Assembly: GCA_028023455.1 (NCBI GenBank)
Contig: JAQFVV010000010.1
Coordinates: 7,688,001-7,752,000 of the forward strand
Length of the DNA: 64,000 nucleotides
Reading direction: 5' to 3'
Origin: Epiperipatus broadwayi
Taxonomy: Eukaryota; Animalia; Onychophora
Numbering within the stretch: the stretch's first letter is position 1; every line of letters starts with the position of its first letter. The position numbers were made by a program, and so were the translations under genes. Positions 51,520-64,000 of this stretch are shown here, piece after piece. Below the pieces are notes generated by a model, which did not search any database, was not told the DNA's origin, and saw only the letters and a list, made by a program, of their open reading frames with translations.

Positions 51520-52000
51520 TGATTATAGCATAGAATTTGGAGGATACTGAATACATGGGGATTAAATATTAACTTTAAAAAAATAGCTTATTTATTTATT
51601 GATTGGGGGGGGGGGGATCACCAAAGTGAACAGTTGTCAATATTTAAGACCAACTGTTGAAAAAAACCAACCCATCATCAAAAAGAGAAATGTAGAAAAA
51701 TGGATGAAATGGCTGACCTCAATTTTATGGAATATTAATATAATAATGAGTAAAAAAAAAAAAAAAATCCAGAATACATTATTATATAGAATTGAGATGT
51801 CAACAATAACAGAGAAAAGTGAACAGATGATTGGCAAAAAATAAAAAAATGGATTATTGGAAATCAACAAGATTAAGAATGGAAAAAAGGACAAATCTAG
51901 AGATCAGAAAAATAGTTTAAGTAAAAAAAAATTTGATAACTATCACTGAAAAAAAAAATTATGGTTATGTTAAAATGATAACTGAGAAATGAAAAAAAAT
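51520..52000 (+). mobile_element. Old RTE-like LINE 3' fragment from a different lineage
   Basis: ORF 51599-51844 gives ITKVNSCQYL...KWMKW...LLYRIEMSTITEKSEQ, resembling the RTE 'KV..FKYLG...W.KW...LLYG.E.W.LTKK.E' segment. Confidence 0.45.
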
Positions 52001-53059
52001 GAAAGACCAAGAAAATGATGGTTCAATCATCAATATGGGAATGAATGATCTATCCGAAATAAAAGTTATGGATAGAGATGTAGAAGAGAAAAAATATGGT
52101 GCCTTGGAATGAGAATCCTCAAGAAAAATTTATATCTAATTTTGGTTCCTCTTTCCAACAGACAATGAATGTCTAAATTATTTGAAGATTTAATATACGG
52201 TCTAAAATCAAGGAAAGAGTCGTTTTGTCCGTCCCCCCAATTAAAAAGATGAAAAAATATGTTCATTAAAAAATCCGAATTTCTGAGCGGCTGGGATATT
52301 TGGACTATTTTAGTAATAGAATACAATAAGGCTAAATTAAAACAACAACATTGTAATGCACATTTTTTCTCTCCTGGAATCATCAAGATATTTATTTACA
52401 AATTACAAGAGGAAATAAAAAATGTGTTTATGTTTATCACCATAAAGAGCCATGAGATTGGGATCAGTCACAATTTGCCAATCTCTGGTCTAGACAATCA
52501 TTATCTATTTAATAAAAGCAAATGAATAATGGTGATTTCTTTATAATATTTCAAAACAAATAGGGAATATTCATGTAGTATGTAACATACTGCTTCTACA
52601 GTTAAAAATCAAACAAAACGAAGTGAAATCATTTTACAAAAATTTTACATTTATTTAGGCATATGTCATAAAATCAGGAATTCATATTTTAAACCATAGA
52701 GATTCAAAATCAATTAAAAGATTTCTGTCAAAAATAAATTACACATTTAAAATTGACTAATTTCCCTATTATCTAGTACATTCACTTCCCTCTATATATC
52801 TTTTTTTGTTGTTGTTCTAAGATTCATGTACAGAAATTATGCCATAATCAATTATTATTAATCAGAAGGTAATCAGCCTGTTACTAACTCTCAGATGTTA
52901 TAGTGAGTATGTAGTACACTCAATTATCTAAATTATGTTAAAGAACAGAAAGTTAGAAGTTAGAATAATAAACTGTCAATATTATGAAAAAGATATTAGA
53001 TAATAGACAACTTCTGGATTGTAATCTAACTTCAGAATTCTGGTTCAAAAAATTAAGCT

Positions 53060-53620
53060 CTTTAACATACATAATTTATAAATGATAATATTAAAGGGGA
53101 TTTGAACATAGACTTTCAGTCAGTCATTCATTCTATCCTATATAACTGATACACATGATCACATACATGCAAAAAAGAGAAATGATCCATGTTTCGTGCT
53201 GAACCAACATTCATCAGTTGGTTCAGATCATCATCTCCCACACATATACAATCAATGCTCAGTTTATATTAATGGACAGGCTTCATTCCTTTCCACCCTC
53301 CAATTCAGCATTCCTCTACCAGATTTTCAATGATATGGATGGCTGAATAGTTGGAGAAGGGAAAGGATTGAAGCTTTGTCCATTAAATTTTGTAGATCAA
53401 GTACTGATTATATGTGTGACAAATGATAATCTGGATCAATTGATGAGTGCTGGTTCAGCATGAAATATGTATGTTGGAGATCATTTATCTTTTTTGCATG
53501 TATATGGCCATGTGTATTGGTTATATAGGATCGAGCGAATGACTATCAGGAGATTGAAAGTCTGTGTTCAAATCCTCTTTAATTACATCTAGCTTAAATA
53601 TTATATACTATACTTGTATC
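53060..53620. ncRNA. ~550-bp palindrome of family A carrying two opposed hammerheads
   Basis: TTAAAGGGGATTTGAAC (53091) mirrors GTTCAAATCCTCTTTAA (53582). The minus hammerhead has CUGAUGA at 53211-53217 and GAAA at 53192-53195. The plus hammerhead has UUGAUGA at 53440-53446, stem II GUGCUG/CAGCAU and GAAA at 53462-53465. Confidence 0.8.
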
Positions 53621-53669
53621 CAAATGACTGATTATATTACATGCATGAAATTTGCAGAATAAAAAAACT

Positions 53670-55797
53670 AAATAGAAATAAATATGGAAACATTCAAACT
53701 AAAATATAGCAGAATTGGATTATATTTTGACTAACTGAATGTATTGTTCTTAATTGATTCAAAACAGAAAGTAACTAATAATTACTGAAGATAAGATACA
53801 TATGTTATTGCAAATTAGAGACAAAACTATTATAAAAGACAATTTACAGAAACAGAAAGATTGTATATTATAAATTCTTTCTTTGAGAAAAATGCTGAAT
53901 GGAAATGAACATGGAAATATTCAAAACAAAAATGTAACAGAATTGGATTATATTTTGATTAATATATTGTAATGTTCTTAATAAATTCAAATTAAAGTAA
54001 CTACTGGTCAGTGAGATATAAGATACCTATGTTAAAGCAAACTAAAACAAAATTTTTAGAAAAAAGACAGTAATAATATTTGATATTCTTAGCCTTCAGA
54101 AACATTTCAATGAATTTAAATTAGACAAATATTAATAGACTTTGAAAATGGGTTCAAATTTAAAAATCAATAAGATAACTGATATTCTACTAAGAATGAC
54201 AACAAAAATAAATGGTGCAAAAAAAAAAAGGCCACTCACAGTAAATTTTCAATTGAGATAAAATAGTGTATGAAAAAAAAAGGAAAAATACAAAAAATAT
54301 TTGAAACTGATTCAATAAGAAAAATAAAATATTTGGAGTTCTGTAAAGTGGCAAGGAATAAAATAAGTTTCAAAAGTATAAGAATGTGTGGTATTAGGAA
54401 AAAAAGTTATTTCAGCAATAAAAAAAAAAAATAATAATATAAAATGTAAAAACCCAAAATATTATAAATGGAGTAAGACATATAGTTAAATCCAGGAAGA
54501 AATTCCAAAAAATGATAGAATTATTAATATTTTAAAAGCAGACAAGAAATAAAAAAAAATGTTGGTAAAATTATATACCAAAAGTCTAAATAATAAAGAT
54601 GTATTAGATGACTGGAAAATTACAATAGTAATATTGATATTTAAAAAAGAAGATAGAAAGATATTAGGAATTACAGATCTAATGATTGTTTATCAGTTCT
54701 ACATGAAATTTTTACCAAGATAATTACAACTCATCTACAGTAAATATTGGATTCAAATCAACTAAAAAAACAGAATTTGTTTAAAAGTGATTTACCATGG
54801 CTTAAATCCAAGTATTGAAAAAAAAAAAAACTAATAAATATGAATTGCCATTGTGTTTTGAATTTATAGATTATGAAAAGGAGCATTTCTACAGTGATTA
54901 AAGTTTTGATCATCAAAATGTAAACCAAGGATATTGCCATATTCTAAAAAATATCAAATGTAGCAGCATTAACTAGATTATATAGTGATATTAAGATTAA
55001 CAATGAAAAGAATGTAGTAATTCCATGTACAAATTTTTTTATAGCAATTTTACAAGAAATATTTTGCTGATTAAAATGGAAAGCTAAGAAGTTAAAAGTA
55101 AATTGAAATTATTTAAATCATCTAGATTTTGCAGATGATGTGGTTGTTTTTGCAAATAATGCTTTAGAGCTTCAGAGTTATCAGATGAAAATAAATTAAG
55201 ATTAAAAATTAATGCTAAAAAGATTCAAGTCAAGTTCATTGGCTTTTCTCAGAAATATAAAATAAAGATTGATAATGATAAATTAGAGGTTAACAACTAC
55301 CAAGTATCTTGATCAGATTATTAATAATACAGATGGAAACAAAATAGACGAAATTAGCTATAGAATTAAACTTGAATAGAGTGTTTTTGATAAAAATAAA
55401 TACTAAAAGAAAATATAACTATTTGAAGAAAAAAAACAAGGTTGTAACCTATTCATTCTTATACACTGAAAGATGTATGGAAAGAGATATGTTGGGAGTA
55501 ATAAAAGGGATTGAAAGTAAAATATTTTGCCGAGGGAACAAATAGTTACCAATAATATCAATGAAAAAATTATGAGACTGAAACAGAGCTAGGTTAGGAA
55601 TGTTGCTAGAAGAAATGATAACAGATGGACAGCTGAAGTCTTAACTTGGATCCCAAGAGATTGGATTGATCTAGAAAGAGACCACATGTGAGATGGATTA
55701 ATGAATCAGTAAGTTTGTTGATGCAATGTGAAGAACAAAGAAACTGAATTAAACTTAAGAGACTTTCACCCTGCAATAAATTGATAATAGTTGAAAA
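53670..55797 (+). mobile_element. Third, much older copy of the same RTE family
   Basis: GCAGAATTGGATTATATTTTGACTAAC (APE, duplicated at ~53710 and ~53938), CATCTAGATTTTGCAGATGATGTGGTTGTTTTTGC (FADD), AAGAGACCACATGTGAGATGG and the 3' end ...CCTGCAATAAATTGATAATAGTTGA. Confidence 0.85.
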
Positions 55798-56294
55798 TAA
55801 TTAATTACATGCATGTTTAAAACATTTTACAATGAGTATAATAATTAGGTATATTTGCCATATACTACTATAATATATTCATATACGCACTTATTAAGAA
55901 AATATATTTCATCTATTATTTTTTCAAGTTAATCACATTTTGTATATATTTACAATAATATTTATATAAAATACTGAGGTTAGAATTCCCGCCAGGAAAG
56001 AATAGAAAAAGATCACATTTAATAAATGATAATTATATTACATTTTTCACACTTTCAAATAAAGTGAATAAAATATGCTTTATATACTATAAAATTCTAG
56101 TTAATTCTGATTTGAAATTAGTGATGTTTAGAGTTTGCCACAACCAATAAAATAATTCTGAAATTAGTTGTATGAAACTTGTATTATCACATTTATAATT
56201 AGAAGTCAACTATTATATAAATTTTTACTTCATAATGAGATTAAACTTAAATTATATTATATTTCCATGTTATTCTTTTCCCCAACAATTACAA

Positions 56295-56366
56295 GCATTG
56301 GTGACTTAGTGGTCATCATAGCTGCCTTCCAAGCAGCTGGCCCGGGTTTGCTTCCCGGTCAACGCA
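56295..56366 (+). pseudogene. tRNA-Gly(TCC) pseudogene or SINE head
   Basis: 72 nt with the TCC anticodon in CTGCC-TTCCAAG-CAG and about 11 differences from the canonical animal tRNA-Gly(TCC) as I recall it. It has an A.C mismatch in the acceptor stem, a TTTG T-loop in place of TTCG, and a TTTGACA tail. Confidence 0.8.
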
Positions 56367-57809
56367 TTTGACATATGAAAAATAAAAATTATAAGAATGA
56401 TGCGTCATGGATATTTTCAAAATAAAAACATGGTATTTCTTTTTTTTAAAAAATCATGTCATAAATTTGATAAAGGCTTATCGTGATTCATAAAAATGCC
56501 ACCATAAAAATCCAATAATATTCTCTTGCTATGCATCTTTATATAAAAGGTGCCAGTTTTATTATATTGTTATAAAAAAAAATTTAATTTGAAAAATTAG
56601 TATCATTATCAAAATATCATTCACATATTATAAAAATGGATTTCCATCAAAACATGGAAATCCAGTATCTTTTGACATTCAAGAAAAAGTGAGACTAAAA
56701 TAAGTAATAAATACATAAAATCAAAGAATCAACAGATCATGTGTGACTGATTAATATCAGAAGCTGATTCAACCTTCAAGCGAACAAGAGTGAAAAAACA
56801 AACTACAATTGACATAGTATTAAATAGATTCAGATAAAGCATAGCAATAAATCCTGAATGAAATAATTTGTATTCATAGAATTTGAACTAACATTTTAAT
56901 GTCCTTTAAAGTTAGCACATTTAAAAGCCTTAGTTATGTGTTTATTCACTTCTCTCTTTAATGAATAAAAATATATTAAAAATTTACTAGTAACAGTAAT
57001 AAAAATTTTAAAATAACAAAAATGAATTATCTGCTTTGAAAAATTGCTGAATAAATAAAATAAATGAAGGCATTGAATATATATATATATATTACAATTG
57101 TAAACAGATATATTTCATCAGATGGAAAAACTGCTTGCAATAATATTTAAGAAATATTATTGACTTTTTTAATACAGTATAATAATAGAAAGCAAAATTT
57201 AGTATAGCTGGTTATTTAAAAATTATGTTATTAATCCTGAGAATGATTATTATCATTAATCATTGATAACTTTAAATTAATTTTGGAGATCAGAATAATT
57301 TATTAAAGAATTGTTTCTCTTCAGATTACTACTCTATTATTGCATTTTTATTATTATTAATATTATTAGCGATCACATTAACATAAGGATTAAATGATTG
57401 AGGATTAGTTATTTTCGACTATATGCAAATATTGCTTATAAGCTGTGAATATATATATATATATTTGGATTTTTAGGTAGTAGTTATTTGTTAAATACAA
57501 TATTAAATAAATAGTATAAGCATATTGTATATACAAATTCAGTTCATTTTTATCTATGGCAGTAGAGATGATTTATTTTTTATCAGAGCTGGTAACATTT
57601 AAAAATAAACAATCTACAAATTCATCATATATATGTTGTACTTTATTACCATTCTTTTTAAGATTTTTGCTTTTATGTCTAAATGATAGCCAAGTGTAAA
57701 CCTGTTATTTGGTTTGTGGCACTCTATGACTTAATTAGTCAACCTGTTTAAACAGAGATCTTAAATACATTAAATATATAAACAAATAAAATTTGCTATT
57801 TAGTGCCTC

Positions 57810-57915
57810 CTTATCAATATTCTGACTACTTTCTAGCTTGTGGTTTTCATCAGTGAGGAGTCTTGGATCTGAGAGACTGAACCTAGATCTTCATAAACTT
57901 TCTTGAATCCCATTG
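57810..57915 (-). ncRNA. Family-B hammerhead, inverted degenerate copy
   Basis: AUCCAAGACUCCUCA CUGAUGA AAAC CACAA GCUA GAAA GUA GUC AGAAUAUUGAU. Confidence 0.65.
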
Positions 57916-58196
57916 ATTATTACAGCTTGCATTGGTAGCATTACTATATGAAGAGTTTGCTACTATTTAAACAGCTTAGAAAATGACCATGTGATATTCA
58001 AAGGTTCAATACCAATCCTGCCCATGGGATGGTGGTTAATATGATTATTAACCAAAGATATCAAAATGTATAGATAGTGAACTGTTTTCAAGTCTGTATG
58101 ACTATACAAGCGAATAAGCTAGGATTGAAAACATTATTGTGTTTTCATTTTGGACTCATAGTTTTATAATTAACCAAAAAAGCAAAAAATAGCTGT

Positions 58197-58485
58197 TGGA
58201 GGATTACATTCAATCCTAATACCTAGGTGCAATGCTCTCACATCCAAGGCTACTCATTGATAAAAGCCGCAAAAGCTAGAAATTGGTCTGGGGATATTGG
58301 ATGAATAGACACAAGATAGGGATATTATCCCCAAACCTTGTGGAGGATTGCATTAGATTCTAAGATCTAGATGTACTGTTATTAGATCCAAGACTCTTTA
58401 CTGATGAAAGCCACAAGCTCGAAACTAATCTGGGATATTGGATGACTATGTACTAGATAGGGATTTTTATGCACAAACCTTTTTG
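58197..58485 (+). ncRNA. Tandem dimer (144-bp unit) of family-B type I hammerheads
   Basis: Copy 1: AUCCAAGGCUACUCA UUGAUAA AAGC CGCAAAA GCUA GAAA UUG GUC UGGGGAUAUUGGAU. Copy 2: AUCCAAGACUCUUUA CUGAUGA AAGC CACAA GCUC GAAA CUA AUC UGGGAUAUUGGAU. Confidence 0.75.
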
Positions 58486-60530
58486 CATCTATGAATTACT
58501 ATGTTTTGTACTGGATAGCACTACTATATGGAGTTTGCTACTGTTTTAACAGCATACGTAAGCATAGGAAATGGTGATCATGTGATGTTTGGTGGTCTAA
58601 GAAAAAAGATAGCATTCAACTTCTATTTTTCTATCTTTTTTTAAGTAGAGATATGATGAAGAGTTTTTCATAAAAGCATCTGAGAAAAACATCATGTAAT
58701 GTTGAAAATTAGTAAAATGTACTTCACTACTGATTTCTGAATATTTTTTTATAAAACATTTTTTATCAGCTATTAATAAATATACTTAGTATTTATTTAT
58801 GAACAGAAATTTCTCTTTAGTAAATTTTTTTTTTTTAGTCATATTAATTCCTTGATATCCATGGATAAGTTTTTTAATTTACATGACTTAATCAAATACA
58901 GTTCAGTGAATTTGTAGCTTATCTTTCTGTTTAAGAATAGTTAGATACTGATTTTGGACAATAACTGGTGATCTAGACATAACCACTTGGAAAAAAACAA
59001 CAACTTATGTTTGCTTGGAATCCAAAAACAATATCCCAATACTATGAGCATAATTTTATAAGTGATACATTCTTTTAAATACAAGTATAAGTTATAAAAT
59101 GATATCCAAGTTAAATTTATGTATCTCCTTTTGTTATTGTCAGCAGTTTTAATACTTTCAGCCTGAATATTATTATATTTTTTCTATTTAATCAAGAAAG
59201 ACTGCTTAAATTAATAATATTAACAAAGCTAGTTGACTAGAAATACTGTACATTTGATTTTATGAAATAAAATTAAACTAATTATAAACAACTGCATTCC
59301 ATCAGTAATTTTAATTAGTTTTCCTTTCTTTCTAATACTTTTATATTAATAAACTATCATGAATTAAATCAATACAATTATGATGTTTTATTATACATAG
59401 TTGTTTGCTTGAAGGCAAGTTGGGATAACTAGACAATAGAATATTACAATTTAATGATAACACTTGAACAACATCAGTGGAAGATTGCCAATGCTTGTTT
59501 TTAATTTATTCTAACATCTCAAATTTGGAGCTATTTTATAAAATAATGAACATTACACTATTAAAATGCAAGATTAAAGATTAATTAATAATTAGATTTT
59601 AAAAAAATATGAAACAAGAAATTTGACCTTTAATAAAATTTTACTTGTTTGTCAAGGCCATATTTTTTAATTATTTCTAAAAGAACTCACTTGTGCAAAA
59701 ATAATATTAAAAAAAGGCCATTCATCTTACAAGTGATATAATTTTTAGATATTAATATTTTTTGGTGACATACTAATCATTAGTGAAATTTAGTTTTGAA
59801 AGTTACTGACTATTTTTAAAAATACTGTATACACTGCTTTTTTAAAAATCAAATAGCTTGTCTGGCATAACACTTCCATTTGCTTAAACACCAAATCATT
59901 AGATAATAAAGTTAAAAAAAAAACCATTTCATTATAAAAGAATGATTTTGCAAATGAAGTTAACTTTAAGATTGGGGTAGACAACTTGCTTTAAAAGTTT
60001 TAAGCATTTTATTAATCCTAGCAGAATCATAAGAAGTAAAACTTTTTTAGAAAATTAACAGTACAAAAAAAAAATGTCACTTTTTCCAAAAAGATAAAAA
60101 AAACAATAAATTCAACTATATTTATGGTGGATTTAAAAAAATGTTTCCATTAGTGCAGTTGTAAAGTAAAACTTTGTACTGAGATAGGTTTTAATAAGTG
60201 ATAAGTCAATTAAAAAATTGGCCATTTTATCAGAGAATACAATTACAATCTACAGATTTTAGCAATTTTGGCATTTTATATAAAACATTATTGTAGGAAA
60301 AATTTGATATTAACATATCAGTCATAGGTACAAAATGAGCAAACTAAATATTTTTGAGCATAGTGCAACTATTTTTGTGTGAATAACATACAGATAAGCT
60401 TTGCTTCTTATTTGAATTATCTCTAGGAATTCCAGCAAAGCTCAGGAAGTTAAAGTTCGAAAATGCACAATTTTATAATTTTTACTAGATGAATTTCATT
60501 AACGAGTTCTATAATGAGGTTTTTTTTTAG

Positions 60531-60553
60531 TACGCAGCAGGGCATTATTACAG
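60531..60553 (+). other. Candidate 23-nt microexon
   Basis: T-rich tract plus AG acceptor (with alternative CAG acceptors 7 and 10 nt downstream) and CAG|GTAAAC donor. Confidence 0.35.
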
Positions 60554-61316
60554 GTAAACTTTATATTAAGCTATTTATGTGGAGCTTTTCCTGCAAAGCA
60601 TTTCCATGTGTTTTACAATGGATGTACCACTATCTATTATAAATAAAGAAAATATCAAAAGCAGTATATTATACAACATGCTTTTTAGAAAGATGTAAAA
60701 TAACAAATGAAAGCATTAAGTGAAAGTTTTTTTGTTTTGTTTAAGGCAGTTTGCAAACTACACACACAAGGTAATACTATTCATGTAAAAGCATTCAACT
60801 GTTATTTTATTTTGCTGCTAAAATTGTTGTTAAGTTTTAATTCACAGTAAAATGTATATTAATGTAATTTGCACTGGATGTACATATAAGCACGTGACAC
60901 TGTATAAATGCGTGAAAATATATAAAAGGTTGAACAAAGTAATGGAAACACTTATATTAACACATTTCCGACATCATGTAAGAGATGAGATTGTTGAATC
61001 AATTAATGAAAATATTAACATTCAAGTTATAAACTGGTTAATATTTCAAAATCAAGTCTTAATGGTGATGATTAATAAAGATCAGATAATGAAATTTTTA
61101 AAATTGTAATCCAAAATCAAAACATACTGGGTGGAAATGAAAGACTTAATAAAAGACTATAATCAAAAAAATAAAAAATAAAAATACAGCAGAACATGTC
61201 TTGATATAATTGAAAAAGTCTATCAATCTGACTACCTTTATTGTCCATGAATTATCTCAGTACCATCCTGCATGAATGTTTAACAGCTATTGATTAGAAT
61301 ATATATAAAATTTTAG

Positions 61317-61337
61317 AGGAGCAAGTTCATTTAAGTG
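61317..61337 (+). other. Candidate 21-nt microexon
   Basis: TTTAAC branch-like site at 61279, TTTTAG acceptor and GTG|GTAAGA donor. The length is frame-preserving. Confidence 0.4.
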
Positions 61338-62814
61338 GTAAGATTGTTTCCAAACTGTCAATTCCATGATGATAATGCTCCAGTTCATATAATTTTAACA
61401 AGCATTGACTTCATGATCATGAGGATTGTTATATATAACCTTATAAGGACATCCAATTTAAATATTGAGTCTTTATGAGCCATTTTTGAACAGATGAGAA
61501 GCTAAACCATCAACATTTCTCAAAGGACTAAAAAGTTTTCATTCAAACGTTTACATTATATTAATCCATCTCAAGTTGAGTGTAAACAATTTTTAAATAA
61601 ATAATGATTTACATATTATTTTAAAATAAAGGTGACACAAGTATTACCACTATTTTGTCAACTCTAACATGAAAACATAAGAACAGTAAATTACCGTATG
61701 TGAATATATATATAATGCAAAAAAGAAAAAAAAACTAAAAATAAATTATCAAGTAACTTATAATTCACAAAAAAGTATTTAACAGAATTTTTAAAAATAC
61801 TAATAAAAAGTTTTTCTCCCATTTTATAGAAATTGTATATGGTTACATTTCAACTAGTATAAATTGGTTAATAAAAAGTTCAAATCAAGAGAAAAAACTC
61901 TTTTATAATTCTAAAATTGAGACCAATTTAAAAAAAAAAATTCACTAGTACTACTTTTACAAGAAAAACTAAATTCTTTTCACTATTCACCTTGCCACTT
62001 CAGTATTAAAATCAAAGCTACTTGACTTACAAGTCATGTGATTTCACTGACAAGAAAATTTCAAGTATGTATATAGTAATAGATAACTAATACTATCAAT
62101 ATTATCAGCATCACTACATCAGCTAAAACAAACTACTATTACATAATAAAAATCTAAATTTAAAAATATTTCCTTAAAAGACACATACATAAAAACAAAT
62201 ACAACGGCAATTCCATGCTTCACCTATCTGAGAATAATAAAAGAAAATAAAAATTGCAATGTCCTAGATGTATAAATGAAGAACTTTTACTTTATCAATT
62301 AAAAAGGATTCAAAATCTATGAAAATTTAAAACTTCTGAATTTATCTATGAAAAATCATTAATTGCATATAACAAAAATTTATAATATATACATGTGTGT
62401 TCACAATGCTAGAAATGTTCCAGAAATGGAGTGACAATGTCAGAAATATAAACTTTATAGAGGAAAATAAGATCAATATATATATTTTAAACAAAAGAAT
62501 GTTTCTGCTGGTTATTGGAAATGAATAAAACAATTTTAAGTAATAGTAATAATTTGTATTTAAAACATTTAGCATTTCCAAACCTCACATTCCCATTTAT
62601 TTTGTTTATTTAAATATCATATAATTATTGGAACAATACTTTTTATAAGTGAAAAACAATTAAATAAAACCTGAAAATAATATTTAAATGCAAAATTATG
62701 TATATATACTTGTACTCCCACTCTCCAATTTGCTTTATATATTAAATAATCATAATATGTTATTTAAATTTACACAAATCTAATGTATAAAAAACTTTAT
62801 CATAATAATTATAA

Positions 62815-63720
62815 TATAGATACCCAAAAATAACCAGATTTTTGTAATGATAAATTGTGTATTTATTTTTAGGTTATAAATTGCATCCCCTTTGAAGTAT
62901 AGTCTATTTAATGCAATGCACCAGTTGATTTTCATTTTTTTTAATGCCTGCATCATTTTTTTCTTTATCACCTTTAAATCAACAAAAATGTTTTTCTGAT
63001 ATAATTTTTTTCATTCGAGGCAGGCGAATATGACTAATGCGTAGCCGGGTCTTGCTAAATTTAATAAAAAATTGTACCACGTTCAAGGCTGTGTGCACTG
63101 GCGCATTGTCATGGTAAAGCTTGCACTCCCCACTTTCATTTTACCACATAATATTAGAACTTGTAGTTAAAATCCTGATCATTACAAATAAATTCTAAGT
63201 GTACAATGTCACTTGGTATTTTCCCCAGAGTAGCTTGCTTGCAAGCTGTTCATGTATCATAACTGCATTTTCCTTAACAGAAAACAGAATTTCACATTGT
63301 TTCAACTTTTCAGCTAATTCAAAAATTGACAAATGAGATGCACTTAACAAAAACATTTACTATGCCATAATAAGAGCTATCAATAAAGAAACTTGACAAA
63401 TTAATATAGGAAGACTTCCATAAAAGCCATTTAATGACAAAAGCATGTCGTCCACTGCGTTCACTTTCCAGAGAACAATTCCAATTTTGGGTACAAATTT
63501 ATATATAATTAATATTATTATCAATGTGTTTAAATGCTCTCTATTATATACTATATAGTATATATAGTATATGGTCAAATTCTGAATTGTGAATAACAAT
63601 GAAAAATCCCTTCATCAGAAGTGACAAGCTCCAACATCACTAAAAATAATTTCAACACAATTCAAAAATGCTTTTTATACATCTTTTGAATATTTATGGA
63701 CAATCACCATAAAATTGAAG
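62815..63720 (-). mobile_element. Decayed mariner transposon
   Basis: SLESERSGR (63448-63474), LYHDNAPVHTA (HDNAPVHTA at 63087-63113), a YSP remnant of YSPDLAP, and the C-terminus WCIALNRLYFKGD. TIRs were not resolved. Confidence 0.8.
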
Positions 63721-64000
63721 GAAAGCTACTTAGTATTGCGACTGAAATTTAAATCTACCTCAAGTTAAATAATATATAATATTTCATCTATTAAAGAATG
63801 AATATCACTTAAAAAAAAAAAAAACCCAAGAATCTAATAATAATTGTATGACTTATTGCTCACTTAACAAACAATCTAATTTTTTAATTATATAGCTGTC
63901 TGTTAATGGCAGAATGAAAATGCTAAGCTTATAATTTTTTTAATTCTTTCTATCAACAAACAACACTATTATTATAATTTGTTAATTAGTTATAAAATTC

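Noticed and set aside
9037-51612. Scattered G10-12/C12 homopolymers (for example 9037, 11379, 16849, 18399, 43612, 47540, 51604)
   Set aside because: They are isolated single runs, probably slippage products. No multi-tract G-quadruplex pattern is present.
56295-56366. Functional tRNA-Gly gene
   Set aside because: It has an acceptor-stem mismatch, an altered D-arm and T-loop, no T-run terminator, and shares its tail with SINE copies.
58650-58745. Box C/D snoRNA (ATGATGA...CTGA...CTGA)
   Set aside because: There is no convincing terminal stem or recognisable rRNA guide.
1-64000. CRISPR arrays, rRNA, prokaryotic operons or the remaining short AT-rich ORFs
   Set aside because: There are no repeat-spacer arrays or rRNA similarity. 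The remaining ORFs have the low-complexity F/I/L/K/N composition expected by chance at this AT content.

Overview
This is very AT-rich, CpG-depleted animal (invertebrate-like) genomic DNA. I recognise no intact host protein gene. The window is a transposon graveyard, probably largely intronic, with a few candidate plus-strand microexons. It contains three copies of one RTE LINE, remnants of piggyBac, pogo, mariner and CR1-like elements, three hAT MITEs, tRNA-derived short SINEs and several foldback hairpins. The main result, read by eye from base-pairing, is three independent self-cleaving ribozyme systems. (1) A complete, apparently intact HDV/CPEB3-like ribozyme (minus strand, 22359-22527) forms the exact 5' end of a full-length, TSD-flanked RTE; its cleavage site sits flush against the TSD. 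(2) A type I hammerhead family ('A') with a ~455-bp unit occurs as a tandem array (48732-49810), as two head-to-head palindromes (41023-41141 and ~53060-53620) and as dispersed fragments. It has palindromic stem III variants and a Pol III B-box-like motif, resembling retrozymes and ribozyme satellites. (3) A second type I hammerhead family ('B') with a 144-bp unit occurs as a tandem dimer plus an inverted copy (57810-58485). Every individual hammerhead copy carries core mutations; only the consensus is canonical. No folding software or database search was run, and the species is unknown.
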